Part shown: positions 8,221 to 16,408 of the stretch, one piece after another | How the letters are laid out: each line of letters opens with the position of its first letter | Numbering within the stretch: the stretch's first letter is position 1 | Assembly: GCA_963810455.1 (NCBI GenBank) | Contig: CAWEOH010000062.1 | Span: forward strand, 5,737-69,736 | Direction of reading: 5' to 3' | DNA length: 64,000 nt | Source of the DNA: an uncultured Actinomycetes bacterium | GTDB lineage: Bacteria > Actinomycetota > Thermoleophilia > Solirubrobacterales > 70-9 | Notes under the pieces: model-generated | What the model saw: only the letters and a program-made list of their open reading frames with translations | Database searches by the model: none | Told to the model about the DNA's origin: nothing | Program-made: the position numbers and the translations under genes

Positions 8221-9093
8221 CTATTTGTTGGCGACGACGAGGTTCGCGGCGCCCTGCATCCCGGCCTGGTTGGGATGGATCGGGGCGGCGAGTTCGCCCG
8301 GGATCAGCGGTTCGACCCAGCGGTGCGAGTGCGACTTGCAGGCGTCGTGGCCGATGCTGGCCTGGTACCAGTCGACCAGCGTCGCGCCGTTTGCCGCCGC
8401 CTGGGTCGCGAGCATCGCGTTGAGGCCCTGCTCGGTCTGGCGCAGGTAGGGCACGTCGCCCCAGCCGATCGGCATCTGCGGCCAGCACCCGTACCCGCTG
8501 GTCGGGAAGATCGCCGGGTAGTTGAGCAGCAGGATCTTCGCTTCCGGCGAGCGGGCGTGGATCCCCTGCAGGACTTCGGCGATCTTCGGCGCCGTGGCGG
8601 CGATCCGTTCGGCCAGCTGGTCGTGGCCGCCGGAGTCGTATTTGTCCTTGCACGGCGTGGCGAACGGGTTCAGCGTGATGCACCCGGTCGCGACTTCGGC
8701 GAAGCCGATGTCGTTGCCGCCGATCGTCAGCGAGACCAGTTCCGTTTCCGCGTTCAGCGAGTCGAGCTGCGGCGGGTTGGAGCCGAATTCGACTTCCTGG
8801 GTGTGCGTCATGTCGTAGGTCGTGGCGCCGCTGCAGCTGGCGTCGGTCAGCGGCAGGCCGACGCCGGGCTGCGCCAGGTGGGCGTAGTTGTGGTCCGACT
8901 TGAGGCAGCCGAGCGGCGAGAGCTGATTCGGGATCAGCGGCCCCGCCGAGTAGGAGTCCCCGAGCCCGACGTAGTTGGCCGCGGCCCGCGCCTGCGCCGC
9001 CATCGCCCCGGCGAGCAGCGCGACGGCGACCAGCAGCGCCAGCGCCAGGGTGCGCCCGAGGCGCCCCCGTCGTTGTGCGATCGATGCATCCAT
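8221..9093 (-). CDS. Secreted SGNH/GDSL hydrolase (lipase/esterase)
   Basis: A signal-like N-terminus (ALALLVAVALLAGAMAAQA) is followed by block I YVGLGDSYSAG, block III GGNDIGF and a C-terminal ...GHDAC.SH... region. Confidence 0.85.
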   Translation of the reverse strand: MDASIAQRRGRLGRTLALALLVAVALLAGAMAAQARAAANYVGLGDSYSAGPLIPNQLSPLGCLKSDHNYAHLAQPGVGLPLTDASCSGATTYDMTHTQEVEFGSNPPQLDSLNAETELVSLTIGGNDIGFAEVATGCITLNPFATPCKDKYDSGGHDQLAERIAATAPKIAEVLQGIHARSPEAKILLLNYPAIFPTSGYGCWPQMPIGWGDVPYLRQTEQGLNAMLATQAAANGATLVDWYQASIGHDACKSHSHRWVEPLIPGELAAPIHPNQAGMQGAANLVVANK

Positions 9094-9153
9094 GTCCCTC
9101 TCCCTTCGATTGGATTGCCATCCAGCCGATTCCCAAAGGGGACATGATTACTC

Positions 9154-9167
9154 AAACAACGTTGTTT
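9154..9167. promoter_or_regulatory. Perfect 14-bp palindrome AAACAACGTTGTTT upstream of the SGNH hydrolase gene
   Basis: The sequence is its own reverse complement. It sits in a locally AT-rich stretch 61-74 nt upstream of ATG 9093. Confidence 0.45.
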
Positions 9168-9179
9168 CTAAACCCCCGA

Positions 9180-9224
9180 GTCGTGGTTCCTTGTGGACCG
9201 CATGCGTCCGAAAGGAACCACGAC
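9180..9224 (-). terminator. Long hairpin immediately downstream of kup
   Basis: GTCGTGGTTCCTT...AAGGAACCACGAC has 13-bp perfect arms and a 19-nt loop, and sits 5 nt below the kup stop (9229-9231). Confidence 0.6.
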
Positions 9225-9228
9225 GTGG

Positions 9229-11157
9229 TCAGAGCTCGATCGCCGAGCCGAGGGTGACGGTGCGCTCGCGGGGGAGGTGGAAGTACTCGACCGGGCTGGC
9301 GGCGTTGCGGTACATCGCGGCGAAGAGGCGCTTGCGCCAGGTCCGCATGCCGGGGGCGTCGGTGGGGGTGACGAAGACCTGGGAGAGGTAGTAGACGGCG
9401 CCGTCGACGTCGACGTCGCGGACGAGGCCGGTCTCGGCGGCGAGGGCGAGGGCGCGGGGCACGTCGGTGACGTCCTGGAAGCCGAAGCGCGCGGTGAGGT
9501 GGACGATGCCCTCGGCGCGGTAGCGGACCTCGTCGGCGACGAGCCGCTCGGACTCGGGGACGTAGGGCGCTTTCGTCGTCTCGATCGAGAGGATGACGGC
9601 GGTTGCCCGCAGGGTGCGGCTGTGCATCACCGTGCGGTGCAGGGCGAGCGGCGCCGTCTCGCGGCGGGCGTTGAGGTAGACGGCGGTGCCGGGGATGCGG
9701 ATGACCGGCGGGTCGGCGGCGCGCAGCTCGGCGACGAACGCCGGCAGCGGCCCCTCCTCTTCGATCCGCTCGGAGTGGAGCTTCTCCGCCCCCCGCCTCC
9801 AGGTGGCGAAGACGGTGAAGACGAGCGCGGCGACGGTGAGCGGGAACCAGCCGCCGTGCGCGACCTTGGTCATGTTGGCGCCGAGGAAGGCGAAGTCGAC
9901 GGTGAAGAAGACGAGCGCGCCGAGGCCGACCAGCCAGCCCGGCTTGCGCCAGAGGACGCGGACGACGACGAGGAAGAGCAGGGTGTCGGCGGTGATCGTG
10001 CCGGTGACGGCGATCCCGTAGGCGGAGCCGAGGTCGGTCGAGGAGCCGAAGCCGAGGACGAGGCCGATGACCGCGGCGAGCAGCACCCAGTTGACGGCGG
10101 GGATGTAGATCTGGCCGATCTCGCGGGTCGACGTGTGGCGGATGTAGAGGCGGGGCAGGAAGCCGAGCTGGATCGCCTGGCGGGTGACCGAGAAGGCGCC
10201 CGAGATCACCGCCTGCGAGGCGATCACCGTCGCCACCGTCGCCAGCAGCACCATCGGCACCCGGCTCCAGTGGGGCAGGAGGAGGAAGAACGGGCTTTCG
10301 ATCGCGGTCGGGGTTTCGACGATCAGCGCTCCCTGGCCCATGTAGTTGAGGGTCAGCGCCGGGAAGACGACGAAGAACCAGGCGCGGCTGATCGGGGCGC
10401 GGCCGAAGTGGCCCATGTCGGCGTAGAGCGCCTCGGCGCCGGTGATCGTGAGGACGATCGAGCCGAGGGCGATGAAGGCGGTGCCCGGGTGGCGGCCGAA
10501 GAACTCGAGCGCGTGGCTGGGCAGCAGGGCGTTGAGGATGTGCGGGTGGTTGACGACGCCGCGCAGGCCGGCGGCGGCGAGGACCGCGAACCAGACCAGC
10601 ATCACCGGGCCGAAGACGCTGCCGATCCGGTGGGTGCCGTAGTGCTGGATCGCGAAGAGGGCGACGAGGACCGCGATCGTCAGCGGCAGGACCAGCGAGC
10701 TGAGGCCCGGCACCGCGACCTTGATCCCTTCGACCGCGGAGAGGACCGAGATCGCCGGGGTGATGATGCCGTCGCCGTAGAAGAGGGCGACGCCGAGCAT
10801 CCCGATCGCGATCAGCGCCCCCTTGAGCCGGGCGCGGCGCAGCGTCGCGCCCATGACCAGCGCGATCAGCGCCATCAGGCCGCCCTCGCCGTCGTTGTCG
10901 GCGCGCATGATGAAGGTGACGAACTCGACCGAGACGATCAGCGTCACCGTCCAGAAGACGAGCGAGATGACGCCGTAGACGTCCCCCGAGGTCGCCTTCA
11001 CCGCCTGGTGGTCGGCGGAGAAGACCGTCTGCAGCGCGTACAGCGGGCTGGTGCCGATGTCGCCGAAGACGACGCCGAGGGCGCCGAGGGCGAGCGCCGC
11101 CATGCCGAGCTGACGGCGACCGGGACGTGAGGGCGCCGTGGTGGCGGTGGCGGCCAT
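9229..11157 (-). CDS. kup: Potassium transporter Kup (KUP/HAK/KT family)
   Basis: The 642-aa product contains LGALGVVFGDIGTSPLYALQTVF, about 12 TM segments and a cytoplasmic C-terminal domain. Confidence 0.95.
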   Translation of the reverse strand: MAATATTAPSRPGRRQLGMAALALGALGVVFGDIGTSPLYALQTVFSADHQAVKATSGDVYGVISLVFWTVTLIVSVEFVTFIMRADNDGEGGLMALIALVMGATLRRARLKGALIAIGMLGVALFYGDGIITPAISVLSAVEGIKVAVPGLSSLVLPLTIAVLVALFAIQHYGTHRIGSVFGPVMLVWFAVLAAAGLRGVVNHPHILNALLPSHALEFFGRHPGTAFIALGSIVLTITGAEALYADMGHFGRAPISRAWFFVVFPALTLNYMGQGALIVETPTAIESPFFLLLPHWSRVPMVLLATVATVIASQAVISGAFSVTRQAIQLGFLPRLYIRHTSTREIGQIYIPAVNWVLLAAVIGLVLGFGSSTDLGSAYGIAVTGTITADTLLFLVVVRVLWRKPGWLVGLGALVFFTVDFAFLGANMTKVAHGGWFPLTVAALVFTVFATWRRGAEKLHSERIEEEGPLPAFVAELRAADPPVIRIPGTAVYLNARRETAPLALHRTVMHSRTLRATAVILSIETTKAPYVPESERLVADEVRYRAEGIVHLTARFGFQDVTDVPRALALAAETGLVRDVDVDGAVYYLSQVFVTPTDAPGMRTWRKRLFAAMYRNAASPVEYFHLPRERTVTLGSAIEL

Positions 11158-11211
11158 GCTGAGGAGACGATTCTCCCCTGCGGCGCGGCGCCCTGCCGTG
11201 CGGTGGGCGGA

Positions 11212-12127
11212 TCAGCCCGCGCGCAGGGCGCGAACGGTGTCCTCGAGGACCTCGCGGACGTAGCCGGGCTGGTGGAAGACCTGGGAGTGGGTGAAGCGCA
11301 GGGTGCGCAGGCCGGCGCGGGCATGGGTCTGGTCGCGGGTGATGTCGACCGCCTGGTCGGCGGCGGTGCGGTGGTAGGTGAGGCTGTCGGTCTCGACCAC
11401 GAGCCCGAGCGCGGGCCAGTGGAAGTCGACGCGGTAGCGGCCGAGGCGGGCCTGGGAGCCGGGCTTGGGCAGGCCGGCGGCGCGGGCGATCGGCAGGAAG
11501 CGGCGCTCGAGCGCGGTCTGGGAGCGGCTGAAGGTCTGGGACTCGAGGATGCGACGCAGGCGCCCGCGGCCGGGGCGGCGGGGGTGCGCCGCGAGCAGCG
11601 CCGGCAGCCGGTCGGTGGCGACCAGCCGCAGGTGATCGGCCTCGTTGACGGCGTCTTCGACCGCTTCGGTGGAGAGGCAGGTGGCGAGGTCGACGAGGAT
11701 CGATACCGGGTCGCCGACCGGGATGTCCTCGACCAGGCGCGGTGGTTTCAGGTCGGCACGGCGGTACACCTTCAGCTCGGGGCAGCGCGGGTGTCGCGGT
11801 GGCGGGGACCGAGACCTCGATCCTCCCGTCGGACCGCTTGCGGATGCCCCAGAGCTCGGCGCCGCTGCGATGGCTCAGCCGCGCCCCCGAACCGGCCGCG
11901 AGTACGGCAGCCATGAGTTGGGTGAGCCGGGCGATCTCCGGTCGTCCCACGGCATAGACCCCTTGGTGGAGTCGATGCAGGCGGCCAGTCTCGAGACGGT
12001 GGCGGATGGCCGACACAGGCATCCCCAGGTCCAGGAGCTGGGACCTCGTCACCGCCCAGTGCTGACGTCGCGCAAGCCGCCACGCCTCCCTCGCCCATGG
12101 CTGGACACTTTTCGCTGCCATGGCCAC
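11212..12127 (-). CDS. DUF559 endonuclease-domain protein with an AbiEi-like N-terminal wHTH, apparent +1 frameshift
   Basis: The N-terminus (..WAVTRSQLLDLGMPVSAIRHRLETGRLHRLHQGVYAVG...LSHRSGAELWG..IEVSVP) and the C-terminus (..YRRADL...IPVGDPVSILVDLA...VDFHWPALGLVVETDSLTYH...RTLRFTH) are in different frames. Dropping one C from the C4 run (plus-strand G4 at 11779-11782) joins them as ...TPALPELKVYRRADL. The span is 916 nt, which is 3n+1. Confidence 0.7.
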
Positions 12128-12142
12128 CTAAATGGTCCAGCG
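12101..12142. repeat. Copy 2 of the 40-nt repeated element
   Basis: CTGGACACTTTTCGCTGCCATGGCCACCTAAATGGTCCAGCG aligns with 19583-19624, with about 8 mismatches in 42 nt counted by eye. It includes an identical 13-mer, GCCACCTAAATGG. Confidence 0.55.
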
Positions 12143-12177
12143 ACCGAAGTTCTCCCCCCGCGTGCGAGACTTGGGCT

Positions 12178-12528
12178 ATGGGCACTGCGCAGATGCCGGA
12201 CCCGACCGAGTCGGGGCTTCGCCACCAGTTGCGGCCGCTGTTCGACCAGATCGTGATCAAGGAGCTGGACACCGACCGGGTGCGGCGCTCGGGGTTGGTG
12301 GTGCCGCCCGGGACGCACGACCCGCCGCCCGAACAGGGCATCGTGCTGGCGGTCGGGCCGGGGCTCGACTGGTGGGGCCAGGCCGGGGTCGAGATGCCGG
12401 TGGCGCCCGGCGACCACGTCGTCTTCCCCGCCTCGGCCGGCGTCTGGGTCGAGATCGACGAGGAGCGGCTGCTCGTCTGCCGGGTGACGCAGCTGCTCGG
12501 CGTGCTCGAATCGGCCCCGGCGAGCTAG
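12178..12528 (+). CDS. GroES-family co-chaperonin paralogue (Cpn10 fold)
   Basis: LRPLFDQIVIKELDTD..RSGLVVPPG......QGIVLAVGPG........VAPGDHVVFPASAG..VEIDEERLLVCRVTQLLGVLE follows the GroES pattern. I placed the start at ATG 12178; the alternative is ATG 12193. Confidence 0.75.
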   Translation: MGTAQMPDPTESGLRHQLRPLFDQIVIKELDTDRVRRSGLVVPPGTHDPPPEQGIVLAVGPGLDWWGQAGVEMPVAPGDHVVFPASAGVWVEIDEERLLVCRVTQLLGVLESAPAS

Positions 12529-13706
12529 GAGCGCGCCGGCTCGGGGTCCGCGGCGTCGACCGCGCGGTCGACCTCGACGGTCGCGCCGCGCGCCGCCGCG
12601 GTGACCACGCCCGCCCGCTGGCGCGCCTCGCCGAGGGCGAACGGGCTGCCGTTGCGCTTCAGTCCCAGCATCCGCTCGTCGGCGGCGCGGATCAGGCTCT
12701 CGAAGTCTTCGCCGTCGTCGGGGAAGACGGCCCAGCCGATCGAGGCGGTCGGGCTGGGGCCGCTGGCCTCGGGGTCGCGGATGCTGACCGCGGCGCGGAT
12801 CGACTCGGCCATCCGCCGCGCGCCCTCGCCGTGGGCGCCGGGGGCGATCACGGCGAACTCGTCGCCGCCGATCCGGGCCAGGGTGTCGGTCGAGCGCAGC
12901 ATCGCGTGGGCGCGGTTGGCGGCCTCGACCAGGACCGCGTCGCCGACCTGGTGGCCGTGGCGGTCGTTGACGCCCTTGAAGTCGTCGAGGTCGATCAGCA
13001 GCACGGCGAGGGGCGACGGGTCGGCGTCGCGGCGGCTGCGGCGCGGGTTGGTGCGCAGGGTCAGCTCCCGCTTCAGGGTGAGGTCGAAGTTGCGGCGGTT
13101 GCCGACGCCGGTGAGCGGGTCGCGGTTGGCGAAGTCGCGCTGGCGCGCCTCCGCCTCGACCAGGCGGCGTTTGAGGCCGGTCATCACCGCGGTCGCCGCG
13201 AGGAAGGCGGCGACGAGGGCGAGGTAGCGCGGCAGGTAGGCGTTTTCGATCGCGTCGGGGTCGTAGAGCAGCGGCGTGCCGGCGACGAGGACGAGCTCGG
13301 CGACCAGCGGCCAGGCCCAGCGCGGCGGGAAGAAGAAGCCGGCGTACAGCAGCGAGCAGAGGAGCAGCGGCTCGATGTAGCTGAGCGAGCCGCCGGTGAG
13401 GTAGAGGGCGAGGCCGGCGACCGGGATCGTCAGCGCCATGCCGAACGCCAGCGCGCCCATCGAGGCTCGGTTCCAGGGGATCAGGTTGGTGACGCTGCCG
13501 ATCCCGTAGAGGAGGATCGCGATGCTGAGCCCGACGACCCAGCCGATCCCGACGTGCTGGGACCCCGGCAGGAAGGCGGCGCCGATGCCGACCAGCGCGC
13601 CGACGATCCAGAGCCAGCCGGAGATGCGCCCCATCCGCCGCTGCTCGTCCGGCGCGTCCGCCTGGGACCGGCCGGGGATCACGATCGGGATCTCGTGGGG
13701 GGACAT
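12525..13706 (-). CDS. Membrane-bound diguanylate cyclase (GGDEF domain)
   Basis: An N-terminal sensor with about 5 TM segments is followed by DPLTGVGNRRNF...LLIDLDDFKGVNDRHGHQVGD...ARIGGDEFAV. Confidence 0.9.
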   Translation of the reverse strand: MSPHEIPIVIPGRSQADAPDEQRRMGRISGWLWIVGALVGIGAAFLPGSQHVGIGWVVGLSIAILLYGIGSVTNLIPWNRASMGALAFGMALTIPVAGLALYLTGGSLSYIEPLLLCSLLYAGFFFPPRWAWPLVAELVLVAGTPLLYDPDAIENAYLPRYLALVAAFLAATAVMTGLKRRLVEAEARQRDFANRDPLTGVGNRRNFDLTLKRELTLRTNPRRSRRDADPSPLAVLLIDLDDFKGVNDRHGHQVGDAVLVEAANRAHAMLRSTDTLARIGGDEFAVIAPGAHGEGARRMAESIRAAVSIRDPEASGPSPTASIGWAVFPDDGEDFESLIRAADERMLGLKRNGSPFALGEARQRAGVVTAAARGATVEVDRAVDAADPEPARS

Positions 13707-13762
13707 TCCCCCTAGATCGGCCGCTCGCCGCGATGTATTAGCTGCGAGCGCCGGCGGCCGGC

Positions 13763-15283
13763 TCAGCCGGACTCGGAATATGCGGGCTCAGGCTCGGCCG
13801 ATGCCGCTTCGGCCTGCGGAGCGGGCGGCGACTGGCCGGGCTGGCGCAGGACGAAGACGGCGATTGCAACGGCGATTGCAGCCAGCCCGGCGCCGATCAG
13901 GTAGGCGAGGCGGTAGCCGGAGGTGAGCGCCGCGGCCTGCGACTCGCCGGCGGCGAGCAGGCTGTGGGTGCGCTCGGCCGAGAGCGTCGCCAGCAGCGCC
14001 AGCCCGATCGCGCCGCCGACCTGCATGCTGGTGTTGACGAGGCCGGAGGCGAGGCCGGCGTCGCTCGGGGTCGCGCCCGACATCGCCAGGGTCATGATCG
14101 CCGGGAAGGCGGTGCCGACGCCGACGCCGATCAGCAGGAAGGGCGGCAGCAGGTGGACGAGGTAGTCGCCCTGCACCGGCGCCCGCGAGAAGAGCAGCAG
14201 GGCGACGGCGATCAGGCAGACGCCGGGGATCAGCGTCGTCCGCGCGCCGAAGCGCATGATCAGCCTTTCCGAGAAGCCGAGCGAGAGCGTCCCCATCACC
14301 AGGGTCGTCGGCAGGAAGGCGAGGCCGACCTCGAGCGGGTCGTAGCCGAGCACCTGCTGCAGGTAGAGCGCGCCGAGGAAGAACATCCCGAACATGCCGG
14401 CGACGAGCAGCGCCTGCAGCGCGTTGGCGCCGGCGACGTTGCGCGAGCGGAAGAGGCGCAGCGGCATCAGCGGGTTGGCGATCGTCGCCTGGCGCAGGAG
14501 GAAGGCGACGAGCAGGGCGACGGAGACGGCGCCGAGGCCGAGCGTGCGCGTGTCGCCCCAGCCCCACTCGGTGATCTTGAGGATGGTGAAGACGCCGAGC
14601 ATCAGGGCGGCGGTGATCAGCGCCGCGCCGGGGAAGTCGGCGCCCTGGCTGAGCCCGATCCCGTCCGGGTTGTCGACCAGGCGCAGCGCCAGGTACCCGG
14701 TCGCGATCCCGATCGGGAGGTTGATCAGGAAGATCCAGTGCCAGCTGATCGCGTCGGTGAGGACGCCGCCGAGCAGCAGCCCGATCGAGCCGCCGGCGGA
14801 GGCGACGAAGCCGTAGACGCCGATCGCCTTCGCCTGGTCGGCGGGGTGCGGGAACATGGTCACGATCATTCCCAGGATCACCGCCGAGGCGAGCGCGCCG
14901 CCGACGCCCTGGACGAAGCGCGCCGCGACCAGCCACTCCTGCACCGGGGCGGCGGCGCAGAGCAGCGAGGCGCCGGTGAAGATCGCCAGGCCGACGAGGA
15001 AGACGCGCCGCTGGCCGAGCAGGTCGCCGACCCGGCCGGCGAGCAGCAGCAGGCCGCCGAAGGGGATCATGTAGGCGTTGATCACCCAGGCGAGGTTGCT
15101 CTGCGAGAAGTGCAGGCTGTCCTGGATCGAGGGCAGGGCGACGTTGACGATCGTCGCGTCGAGGACGATCATCAGCATCCCCGCGCAGAGGACGTAGAGG
15201 GCGAGCCAGGCGCGGCGCTCGGCGCGCGGCGGGGCCGGGGTCGCGGCGGTCGGGCTGTCGGGAGTGGGTTGGTTGGCGTTCAT
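13763..15283 (-). CDS. MFS transporter, DHA2 (EmrB/QacA-like, 14-TMS) family
   Basis: The 506-aa product contains LDATIVNVALPSI...LLLAGRVGDLLGQRR (motif A-like) and about 14 hydrophobic segments. Confidence 0.9.
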   Translation of the reverse strand: MNANQPTPDSPTAATPAPPRAERRAWLALYVLCAGMLMIVLDATIVNVALPSIQDSLHFSQSNLAWVINAYMIPFGGLLLLAGRVGDLLGQRRVFLVGLAIFTGASLLCAAAPVQEWLVAARFVQGVGGALASAVILGMIVTMFPHPADQAKAIGVYGFVASAGGSIGLLLGGVLTDAISWHWIFLINLPIGIATGYLALRLVDNPDGIGLSQGADFPGAALITAALMLGVFTILKITEWGWGDTRTLGLGAVSVALLVAFLLRQATIANPLMPLRLFRSRNVAGANALQALLVAGMFGMFFLGALYLQQVLGYDPLEVGLAFLPTTLVMGTLSLGFSERLIMRFGARTTLIPGVCLIAVALLLFSRAPVQGDYLVHLLPPFLLIGVGVGTAFPAIMTLAMSGATPSDAGLASGLVNTSMQVGGAIGLALLATLSAERTHSLLAAGESQAAALTSGYRLAYLIGAGLAAIAVAIAVFVLRQPGQSPPAPQAEAASAEPEPAYSESG

Positions 15284-15371
15284 GGGAGTGGAGACGGCGG
15301 CGGGGCCGGGAACTCATCGGCGGCGGATGGATCGAGCCGGTCGGTGAAGGTAGCGGGCGGGCGAGGGCGAG

Positions 15372-16310
15372 CTAGGAGGGGAGCTCCATCCAGAGGCGAG
15401 CCTGGGTGCCGGCGGGGCCGGAGCGGATCTGCAGCAGGTCGCAGAGCTGGTTGGCGACCCAGAGACCGCGGCCGCTCTCGCGGTCGGGGCTGGGCCGGAC
15501 GCGGCCGGCGAGCGGCTGGTCGAGGTGGCCGCTGTCGGCGACCTCGAGCAGGAGCGCGCCCGGCTCGCGCCAGATCGTCGCCCAGCCGCGGCCGCCGCCG
15601 TGGACGACGCTGTTGGTCGCGAGCTCGCCGGCGGCGAGGACGAAGTCGGCGCCGCGGTCGTCGCTCAGCCCGGCCTCGGCGGCTTCGACGCCGGCGGCGG
15701 CGCGCACCGCGCTCAGGGTCTCGCGGTCGAACCCGAGCTGGCGGGCGTCGAGGGGAGGCGGCGGCAGCGTGCCGGCGAACGGCTCGGGATCGTGGTCGTC
15801 CCACTCCGGGTTGGCGGCGAGCCTGCCGCGCTCGTAGGTCAGCGGATGGCTGCGGACGGCGGCGTCGAGCACCTCGTCGTCGAGGGTCGCGCGGTCGTAG
15901 AGGCAGAGGAGCGAGAGCGAGGGTCGCGACTGCGGCGCGAAGCCGACGTTGAGCAGCGCCTCGTGGCGCTCGCACTCGTCGATCGCGGCCGGGTTGCGGC
16001 CGGGCCAGACCGGCTCGCCGAGCCCGCGCAGCGGGCGGCCCGGCGGGTGGCGGTCGACGAAGTCCTGCCAGGCGGGGAGCAGCCGGGCCGGGTTGCGACC
16101 GAAGCCCTCGACGTCGGCGAACTCGATCCCGTCCGCGTCGGCGCCGAGGGCGGCGCGCAGCTGCCCGGTGCGCTCGGGACCGAGGACGGCGAGCATCGGC
16201 TCCCCCGCCCGCAGCCCGTCGTCGACGTAGGCGAGCGCCGACTCGAGGAAACCGTCGGCGTCGTCGTAGAAGGCGAGCTGGTGGACGAGGCTCGGATGCC
16301 GGACGGTCAC
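15372..16310 (-). CDS. MEDS-domain protein fused to an RsbW-like anti-sigma-factor kinase (HATPase) domain
   Basis: The gene starts at GTG 16310. The N-terminus HQLAFYDDADGFLESALAYVDDGL..GEPMLAV is MEDS-like. The C-terminus ELATNSVVHGGG...EVADSGHL...SGRGLWVANQLCD carries the N and G boxes of the SpoIIAB/RsbW type. Confidence 0.75.
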   Translation of the reverse strand: MTVRHPSLVHQLAFYDDADGFLESALAYVDDGLRAGEPMLAVLGPERTGQLRAALGADADGIEFADVEGFGRNPARLLPAWQDFVDRHPPGRPLRGLGEPVWPGRNPAAIDECERHEALLNVGFAPQSRPSLSLLCLYDRATLDDEVLDAAVRSHPLTYERGRLAANPEWDDHDPEPFAGTLPPPPLDARQLGFDRETLSAVRAAAGVEAAEAGLSDDRGADFVLAAGELATNSVVHGGGRGWATIWREPGALLLEVADSGHLDQPLAGRVRPSPDRESGRGLWVANQLCDLLQIRSGPAGTQARLWMELPS

Positions 16311-16408
16311 TGGACCACGAATTGAAGCGCGATCTCGATTCGGCCGCGCGGCTCGGTACGCGGATGTCCGAAGGGTTGCGGCGCCGGGGCGCCGCGCGGC
16401 GGACGGCC

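Noticed and set aside
9152-12127. Very long ORFs such as 9152-12127 (991 aa), 19449-22850 (1133 aa), 6023-8107 (694 aa), 43461-45866 and 15372-17996.
   Set aside because: Their translations are Arg/Pro/Gly/Ala/Asp-rich low-complexity strings, typical of off-frame or antisense reading of very GC-rich genes. Each overlaps a gene with clear family motifs in another frame or on the other strand (kup, dnaE2, the Kelch protein, capD, an MFS transporter). Only short terminal parts of some of them are real.
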